Below, one piece after another: positions 1-7,800 of a DNA stretch of 12,415 nt. Every line of letters begins with the position of its first letter. Position 1 is the first letter of the stretch. Source of the stretch: a bacterium (GTDB lineage: Bacteria; SAR324; NAC60-12). The DNA lies in NCBI GenBank assembly GCA_965233585.1, contig CBDDTI010000024.1:1-12415 (forward strand). Reading direction: 5' to 3'. Both the position numbers and the translations under genes were made by a program. The notes under the pieces are model-generated. The model was not told the DNA's origin, made no database searches, and saw nothing but the letters and a program-made list of their open reading frames with translations.

Positions 1-152
1 GACTTTCCGGCCCCAAAAATGGAACCTGAAAGCGCACATGTGGTATCAGCTGTCTCCGTTCACTGGCTCCAATGTGGCGATTGCGATGCAGCACGACCCA
101 GGCAACATACAACACCAGGACAAAAGTTTTTCCTCTTGACTAGCCGCAGCAA

Positions 153-636
153 CCCTCTCCCCTTAGACTCCTGACAGGTCTCATATATGAATCACATGGC
201 GGATCGCGGATCAGCTGGTTTGCTTTAAAAGAATATTTTACTTTATTCCGACTTGAAATACGATCCGCCACGCAGGCCACGCGAAATGAGGATAATTAAT
301 CCGCGGCTGAGGATCATGATGCTTATAAGACGCTAAACGGGAAAAAACTTTCCTCCTCCTGATGTATACACCAATCCTTCGCTACTCCGCGCTACTCCGC
401 TACTCCGTCCTATGTTGCAATTCAATTACCCAATGTAATTGACACGATATCGAAACGATGACGGAGTAAGAAAGCCTTCAATACTTCACCTTCCCACATC
501 TTTCCCTAAGCAGATTCTTACTCCATCCCGTTTTAAATTTATACTATTAATTAATAACGGGATTGACTGAAAGATCATGATTCATCTTCTGTCTTGGCTG
601 AAAACTTCGGTAGGAGTCTAGAGGGGGCAAGGGGGG
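153..636. other. Inverted-repeat-bounded, stem-rich module (candidate structured ncRNA/ssDNA or MITE-like segment), one per unit
   Basis: TAGACTCCT 164-172 is the reverse complement of AGGAGTCTA 612-620, extended by C-runs 153-162 and G-runs 623-636. Multiple internal 8-10 bp stems are present. Other copies: 1809-2292, ~3115-3597, 5086-5569, 6742-7225, 8398-8881, 10054-10537, 11710-12193. Function is inferred only. Confidence 0.55.
380..407 (+). repeat. Micro-repeat (CG)CTACTCCG x3
   Basis: CTACTCCG at 382-389, 392-399 and 400-407; present in every unit. Confidence 0.9.
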
Positions 637-910
637 CCAACAAGGGGCAGTAAAGTATTCAACGCAAGCATCCAAATGGAAGCCGGCCACCTGCGCGAAA
701 ACCCGCAAACTCCGCAACAACAAGTAACACCTCAAGCAATCACCTAACGCTGCAAAAGGCTGATGGGCCTTCTTTTAGCAGCAAACAATCAAGCCACCAG
801 ACGAAACCAAATAATAAGAAGCTAACTTCCACCGGGTTCAAGCAGCAACGGATATGCACCCCGCTTGCCCCAACAAGGAACAAAATCATCTACAAAACAG
901 CTTGCTCCGA

Positions 911-970
911 CGGACCCAATTCTGGGTCCGGAAAACCTTCTCAAAACCGGCTTCGCTCAAAAGGGCCTCC
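911..970 (+). repeat. Left degenerate inverted arm flanking the 324-bp sub-array
   Basis: CCGGAAA 928-934, GGCTTCGC 949-956 and GGGCCTCC 963-970 are reverse complements of 1660-1666, 1638-1645 and 1624-1631, all in the same register. Confidence 0.8.
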
Positions 971-1077
971 CTAGTTGCCTTTCCGGTCGCCATAAGCCAC
1001 AAAGTTTCTGTTGACACCAAAACATTGCGCTTCTTGAACCCTGATGCAAAAATCTTTACAAAAATCAACCTAAACAG

Positions 1078-1120
1078 GGTCCCAAAAATGGGACCGCCTG
1101 GCGGTCCCATTTTTGGGACC
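1078..1120. repeat. Perfect 43-bp palindrome (21-bp arms, 1-nt centre) whose arms are themselves hairpins
   Basis: GGTCCCAAAAATGGGACCGCC-T-GGCGGTCCCATTTTTGGGACC. One per intact 324-bp monomer, e.g. also 1402-1444. Confidence 0.97.
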
Positions 1121-1162
1121 GCATGCACAGCTTAGTAAAAGAACAAAAGAAAAGCATTTTCA

Positions 1163-1207
1163 CGGTCCCATTTTTGGGACCGTCTGGCGGTACCAAAAAT
1201 GAGACCG
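1163..1207. repeat. Imperfect 45-bp palindrome (19/22 paired), same motif with arm order reversed
   Basis: CGGTCCCATTTTTGGGACCGTC-T-GGCGGTACCAAAAATGAGACCG. One per intact 324-bp monomer, e.g. also 1487-1531. Confidence 0.93.
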
Positions 1208-1623
1208 CAAAATCGCAAAATCAACAGCAAAGGCCGACCCGTCCGAACAAAAATACAACTGCGTTTATTTAAGCAAAAAGCATATAGATTTGGAACAGTT
1301 GCCTTTCCGGTCGCCATAAGCCACAAAGTTTCTGTTGACACCACAACATTGCGCTTCTTGAACCCTGATGCAAAAATCTTTACAAAAATCAACCTAAACA
1401 GGGTCCCAAAAATGGGACCGCCTGGCGGTCCCATTTTTGGGACCGCATGCACAGCTTAGTAAAAGAACAAAAGAAAAGCATTTTCACGGTCCCATTTTTG
1501 GGACCGTCTGGCGGTACCAAAAATGAGACCGCAAAATCGCAAAATCAACAGCAAAGGCCGACCCGTCCGAACAAAAATACAACTGCGTTTATTTAAGCAA
1601 AAAGCATATAGATTTGGAACAGA

Positions 1624-1683
1624 GGAGGCCCGCACATGCGAAGCCTGATTTCAATTGACTTTCCGGCCCCAAAAATGGAACCT
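1624..1683 (-). repeat. Right degenerate inverted arm flanking the 324-bp sub-array
   Basis: GGAGGCCC-N6-GCGAAGCC-N14-TTTCCGG mirrors CCGGAAA-N14-GGCTTCGC-N6-GGGCCTCC on the left. Confidence 0.8.
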
Positions 1684-3070
1684 GAAAGCGCACATGTGGT
1701 ATCAGCTGTCTCCGTTCACTGGCTCCAATGTGGCGATTGCGATGCAGCACGACCCAGGCAACATACAACACCAGGACAAAAGTTTTTCCTCTTGACTAGC
1801 CGCAGCAACCCTCTCCCCTTAGACTCCTGACAGGTCTCATATATGAATCACATGGCGGATCGCGGATCAGCTGGTTTGCTTTAAAAGAATATTTTACTTT
1901 ATTCCGACTTGAAATACGATCCGCCACGCAGGCCACGCGAAATGAGGATAATTAATCCGCGGCTGAGGATCATGATGCTTATAAGACGCTAAACGGGAAA
2001 AAACTTTCCTCCTCCTGATGTATACACCAATCCTTCGCTACTCCGCGCTACTCCGCTACTCCGTCCTATGTTGCAATTCAATTACCCAATGTAATTGACA
2101 CGATATCGAAACGATGACGGAGTAAGAAAGCCTTCAATACTTCACCTTCCCACATCTTTCCCTAAGCAGATTCTTACTCCATCCCGTTTTAAATTTATAC
2201 TATTAATTAATAACGGGATTGACTGAAAGATCATGATTCATCCTCTGTCTTGGCTGAAAACTTCGGTAGGAGTCTAGAGGGGGCAAGGGGGGCCAACAAG
2301 GGGCAGTAAAGTATTCAACGCAAGCATCCAAATGGAAGCCGGCCACCTGCGCGAAAACCCGCAAACTCCGCAACAACAAGTAACACCTCAAGCAATCACC
2401 TAACGCTGCAAAAGGCTGATGGGCCTTCTTTTAGCAGCAAACAATCAACCCACCAGACGAAACCAAATAATAAGAAGCTAACTTCCACCGGGTTCAAGCA
2501 GCAACGGATATGCACCCCGCTTGCCCCAACAAGGAACAAAATCATCTACAAAACAGCTTGCTCCGACGGACCCAATTCTGGGTCCGGAAAACCTTCTCAA
2601 AACCGGCTTCGCTCAAAAGGGCCTCCCTAGTTGCCTTTCCGGTCGCCATAAGCCACAAAGTTTCTGTTGACACCAAAACATTGCGCTTCTTGAACCCTGA
2701 TGCAAAAATCTTTACAAAAATCAACCTAAACAGGGTCCCAAAAATGGGACCGCCTGGCGGTCCCATTTTTGGGACCGCATGCACAGCTTAGTAAAAGAAC
2801 AAAAGAAAAGCATTTTCACGGTCCCATTTTTGGGACCGTCTGGCGGTACCAAAAATGAGACCGCAAAATCGCAAAATCAACAGCAAAGGCCGACCCGTCC
2901 GAACAAAAATACAACTGCGTTTATTTAAGCAAAAAGCATATAGATTTGGAACAGTTGCCTTTCCGGTCGCCATAAGCCACAAAGTTTCTGTTGACACCAC
3001 AACATTGCGCTTCTTGAACCCTGATGCAAAAATCTTTACAAAAATCAACCTAAACAGGGTCCCAAAAATG

Positions 3071-3081
3071 GGACCACCAGG
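3071..3081. other. Junction of a 350-bp deletion fusing unit 2 to unit 3
   Basis: ...ATGGGACC|ACCAGGACAAAAG... at 3075/3076. Sequence equivalent to 1420-1769 is missing. Confidence 0.95.
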
Positions 3082-3933
3082 ACAAAAGTTTTTCCTCTTG
3101 ACTAGCCGCAGCAAGCTCTCCCCTTAGACTCCTGACAGGTCTCATATATGAATCACATGGCGGATCGCGGATCAGCTGGTTTGCTTTAAAAGAATATTTT
3201 ACTTTATTCCGACTTGAAATACGATCCGCCACGCAGGCCACGCGAAATGAGGATAATTAATCCGCGGCTGAGGATCATGATGCTTATAAGACGCTAAACG
3301 GGAAAAAACTTTCCTCCTCCTGATGTATACACCAATCCTTCGCTACTCCGCGCTACTCCGCTACTCCGTCCTATGTTGCAATTCAATTACCCAATGTAAT
3401 TGACACGATATCGAAACGATGACGGAGTAAGAAAGCCTTCAATACTTCACCTTCCCACATCTTTCCCTAAGCAGATTCTTACTCCATCCCGTTTTAAATT
3501 TATACTATTAGTTAATAACGGGATTGACTGAAAGATCATGATTCATCTTCTGTCCGGGCTGAAAACTTCGGTAGGAGTCTAGAGGGGGCAAGGGGGGCCA
3601 ACAAGGGGCAGTAAAGTATTCAATGCAAGCATCCAAATGGAAGCCGGCCACCTGCGCGAAAACCCGCAAACTCCGCAACAACAAGTAACACCTCAAGCAA
3701 TCACCTAACGCTGCAAAAGGCTGATGGGCCTTCTTTTAGCAGCAAACAATCAAGCCACCAGACGAAACCAAATAATAAGAAGCTAACTTCCACCGGGTTC
3801 AAGCAGCAACGGATATGCACCCCGCTTGCCCCAACAAGGAACAAAATCATCTACAAAACAGCTTGCTCCGACGGACCCAATTCTGGGTCCGGAAAACCTT
3901 CTCAAAACCGGCTTCGCTCAAAAGGGCCTCCCT

Positions 3934-4897
3934 AGTTGCCTTTCCGGTCGCCATAAGCCACAAAGTTTCTGTTGACACCAAAACATTGCGCTTCTTGAAC
4001 CCTGATGCAAAAATCTTTACAAAAATCAACCTAAACAAAAATGGGACCGCCTGGCGGTCCCATTTTTGGGACCGCATGCACAGCTTAGTAAAAGAACAAA
4101 AGAAAAGCATTTTCACGGTCCCATTTTTGGGACCGTCTGGCGGTACCAAAAATGAGACCGCAAAATCGCAAAATCAACAGCAAAGGCCGACCCGTCCGAA
4201 CAAAAATACAACTGCGTTTATTTAAGCAAAAAGCATATAGATTTGGAACAGTTGCCTTTCCGGTCGCCATAAGCCACAAAGTTTCTGTTGACACCAAAAC
4301 ATTGCGCTTCTTGAACCCTGATGCAAAAATCTTTACAAAAATCAACCTAAACAGGGTCCCAAAAATGGGACCGCCTGGCGGTCCCATTTTTGGGACCGCA
4401 TGCACAGCTTAGTAAAAGAACAAAAGAAAAGCATTTTCACGGTCCCATTTTTGGGACCGTCTGGCGGTACCAAAAATGAGACCGCAAAATCGCAAAATCA
4501 ACAGCAAAGGCCGACCCGTCCGAACAAAAATACAACTGCGTTTATTTAAGCAAAAAGCATATAGATTTGGAACAGTTGCCTTTCCGGTCGCCATAAGCCA
4601 CAAAGTTTCTGTTGACACCACAACATTGCGCTTCTTGAACCCTGATGCAAAAATCTTTACAAAAATCAACCTAAACAGGGTCCCAAAAATGGGACCGCCT
4701 GGCGGTCCCATTTTTGGGACCGCATGCACAGCTTAGTAAAAGAACAAAAGAAAAGCATTTTCACGGTCCCATTTTTGGGACCGTCTGGCGGTACCAAAAA
4801 TGAGACCGCAAAATCGCAAAATCAACAGCAAAGGCCGACCCGTCCGAACAAAAATACAACTGCGTTTATTTAAGCAAAAAGCATATAGATTTGGAAC
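3934..4897. repeat. Expanded sub-array: three monomers (3934-4249 type A with an 8-bp deletion, 4250-4573 type A, 4574-4897 type B)
   Basis: AGTTGCCTTTCC starts at 3934, 4250 and 4574. CTAAAC|AAAAATGGG at 4036/4037 lacks AGGGTCCC. The offset 1972 equals 1656+324-8. Confidence 0.97.
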
Positions 4898-7800
4898 AGA
4901 GGAGGCCCGCACATGCGAAGCCTGATTTCAATTGACTTTCCGGCCCCAAAAATGGAACCTGAAAGCGCACATGTGGTATCAGCTGTCTCCGTTCACTGGC
5001 TCCAATGTGGCGATTGCGATGCAGCACGACCCAGGCAACATACAACACCAGGACAAAAGTTTTTCCTCTTGACTAGCCGCAGCAACCCTCTCCCCTTAGA
5101 CTCCTGACAGGTCTCATATATGAATCACATGGCGGATCGCGGATCAGCTGGTTTGCTTTAAAAGAATATTTTACTTTATTCCGACTTGAAATACGATCCG
5201 CCACGCAGGCCACGCGAAATGAGGATAATTAATCCGCGGCTGAGGATCATGATGCTTATAAGACGCTAAACGGGAAAAAACTTTCCTCCTCCTGATGTAT
5301 ACACCAATCCTTCGCTACTCCGCGCTACTCCGCTACTCCGTCCTATGTTGCAATTCAATTACCCAATGTAATTGACACGATATCGAAACGATGACGGAGT
5401 AAGAAAGCCTTCAATACTTCACCTTCCCACATCTTTCCCTAAGCAGATTCTTACTCCATCCCGTTTTAAATTTATACTATTAATTAATAACGGGATTGAC
5501 TGAAAGATCATGATTCATCCTCTGTCTTGGCTGAAAACTTCGGTAGGAGTCTAGAGGGGGCAAGGGGGGCCAACAAGGGGCAGTAAAGTATTCAACGCAA
5601 GCATCCAAATGGAAGCCGGCCACCTGCGCGAAAACCCGCAAACTCCGCAACAACAAGTAACACCTCAAGCAATCACCTAACGCTGCAAAAGGCTGATGGG
5701 CCTTCTTTTAGCAGCAAACAATCAACCCACCAGACGAAACCAAATAATAAGAAGCTAACTTCCACCGGGTTCAAGCAGCAACGGATATGCACCCCGCTTG
5801 CCCCAACAAGGAACAAAATCATCTACAAAACAGCTTGCTCCGACGGACCCAATTCTGGGTCCGGAAAACCTTCTCAAAACCGGCTTCGCTCAAAAGGGCC
5901 TCCCTAGTTGCCTTTCCGGTCGCCATAAGCCACAAAGTTTCTGTTGACACCAAAACATTGCGCTTCTTGAACCCTGATGCAAAAATCTTTACAAAAATCA
6001 ACCTAAACAGGGTCCCAAAAATGGGACCGCCTGGCGGTCCCATTTTTGGGACCGCATGCACAGCTTAGTAAAAGAACAAAAGAAAAGCATTTTCACGGTC
6101 CCATTTTTGGGACCGTCTGGCGGTACCAAAAATGAGACCGCAAAATCGCAAAATCAACAGCAAAGGCCGACCCGTCCGAACAAAAATACAACTGCGTTTA
6201 TTTAAGCAAAAAGCATATAGATTTGGAACAGTTGCCTTTCCGGTCGCCATAAGCCACAAAGTTTCTGTTGACACCACAACATTGCGCTTCTTGAACCCTG
6301 ATGCAAAAATCTTTACAAAAATCAACCTAAACAGGGTCCCAAAAATGGGACCGCCTGGCGGTCCCATTTTTGGGACCGCATGCACAGCTTAGTAAAAGAA
6401 CAAAAGAAAAGCATTTTCACGGTCCCATTTTTGGGACCGTCTGGCGGTACCAAAAATGAGACCGCAAAATCGCAAAATCAACAGCAAAGGCCGACCCGTC
6501 CGAACAAAAATACAACTGCGTTTATTTAAGCAAAAAGCATATAGATTTGGAACAGAGGAGGCCCGCACATGCGAAGCCTGATTTCAATTGACTTTCCGGC
6601 CCCAAAAATGGAACCTGAAAGCGCACATGTGGTATCAGCTGTCTCCGTTCACTGGCTCCAATGTGGCGATTGCGATGCAGCACGACCCAGGCAACATACA
6701 ACACCAGGACAAAAGTTTTTCCTCTTGACTAGCCGCAGCAACCCTCTCCCCTTAGACTCCTGACAGGTCTCATATATGAATCACATGGCGGATCGCGGAT
6801 CAGCTGGTTTGCTTTAAAAGAATATTTTACTTTATTCCGACTTGAAATACGATCCGCCACGCAGGCCACGCGAAATGAGGATAATTAATCCGCGGCTGAG
6901 GATCATGATGCTTATAAGACGCTAAACGGGAAAAAACTTTCCTCCTCCTGATGTATACACCAATCCTTCGCTACTCCGCGCTACTCCGCTACTCCGTCCT
7001 ATGTTGCAATTCAATTACCCAATGTAATTGACACGATATCGAAACGATGACGGAGTAAGAAAGCCTTCAATACTTCACCTTCCCACATCTTTCCCTAAGC
7101 AGATTCTTACTCCATCCCGTTTTAAATTTATACTATTAATTAATAACGGGATTGACTGAAAGATCATGATTCATCCTCTGTCTTGGCTGAAAACTTCGGT
7201 AGGAGTCTAGAGGGGGCAAGGGGGGCCAACAAGGGGCAGTAAAGTATTCAACGCAAGCATCCAAATGGAAGCCGGCCACCTGCGCGAAAACCCGCAAACT
7301 CCGCAACAACAAGTAACACCTCAAGCAATCACCTAACGCTGCAAAAGGCTGATGGGCCTTCTTTTAGCAGCAAACAATCAAGCCACCAGACGAAACCAAA
7401 TAATAAGAAGCTAACTTCCACCGGGTTCAAGCAGCAACGGATATGCACCCCGCTTGCCCCAACAAGGAACAAAATCATCTACAAAACAGCTTGCTCCGAC
7501 GGACCCAATTCTGGGTCCGGAAAACCTTCTCAAAACCGGCTTCGCTCAAAAGGGCCTCCCTAGTTGCCTTTCCGGTCGCCATAAGCCACAAAGTTTCTGT
7601 TGACACCAAAACATTGCGCTTCTTGAACCCTGATGCAAAAATCTTTACAAAAATCAACCTAAACAGGGTCCCAAAAATGGGACCGCCTGGCGGTCCCATT
7701 TTTGGGACCGCATGCACAGCTTAGTAAAAGAACAAAAGAAAAGCATTTTCACGGTCCCATTTTTGGGACCGTCTGGCGGTACCAAAAATGAGACCGCAAA

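Larger units (their letters stand above)
973..1620. repeat. 324-bp internal sub-repeat, 2 copies (973-1296 type A, 1297-1620 type B)
   Basis: AGTTGCCTTTCCGG starts at 973 and 1297. The only difference I found between copies is A1020 vs C1344. Other sub-arrays: 2629-3075 (truncated), 3934-4897 (3 copies), 5906-6553, 7562-8209, 9218-9865, 10874-11521. Confidence 0.98.

Noticed and set aside
307..330. U3 / box C/D snoRNA-like words (GGATCAT, ATGATG, CTGA)
   Set aside because: The matches are short, box C is incomplete, and no U3 box A' or box B is present in the proper order.
307..810. Hammerhead ribozyme / retrozyme core (CTGAGGA 307-313, CTGATGG 760-766 with a later CGAAAC)
   Set aside because: I could not build stems I-III around a CUGANGA...GAAA...UH core on either strand. 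A cmscan run would be needed to exclude variant ribozymes.
834..845. Pol III B-box / tRNA T-loop-like GGTTCAAG
   Set aside because: It lacks the closing CC, a convincing A-box and a cloverleaf. It is better explained as part of the inverted homology with 1033-1041.
945..975. Canonical Helitron 3' end (CTAG followed by T at 971-975)
   Set aside because: There is no clear GC-rich hairpin about 10-12 nt upstream (the nearest is 40 nt away) and no identifiable 5' TC terminus, so it cannot be called.
1103..1120. Sm-site or dinoflagellate spliced-leader-like CCATTTTTGG
   Set aside because: The rest of the 22-nt leader (CCGTAG...CTCAAG) and any snRNA context are absent. The motif is the loop region of a palindrome.
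1078..1531. CRISPR-like palindromic repeats
   Set aside because: The intervening sequences are identical between copies rather than unique spacers, spacing is irregular, and no cas genes are present.
547..1830. All 60-136 aa ORFs in the track, and their repeats in every unit
   Set aside because: They are short, overlap on both strands, often lack ATG starts and show no recognisable domain. The peptide VPKMGPPGGPIFGT appears on both strands only because it translates a DNA palindrome.
3815..4225. Longest ORF (136 aa)
   Set aside because: It is created by the 8-bp deletion frameshift in a single unit and is absent from the others.
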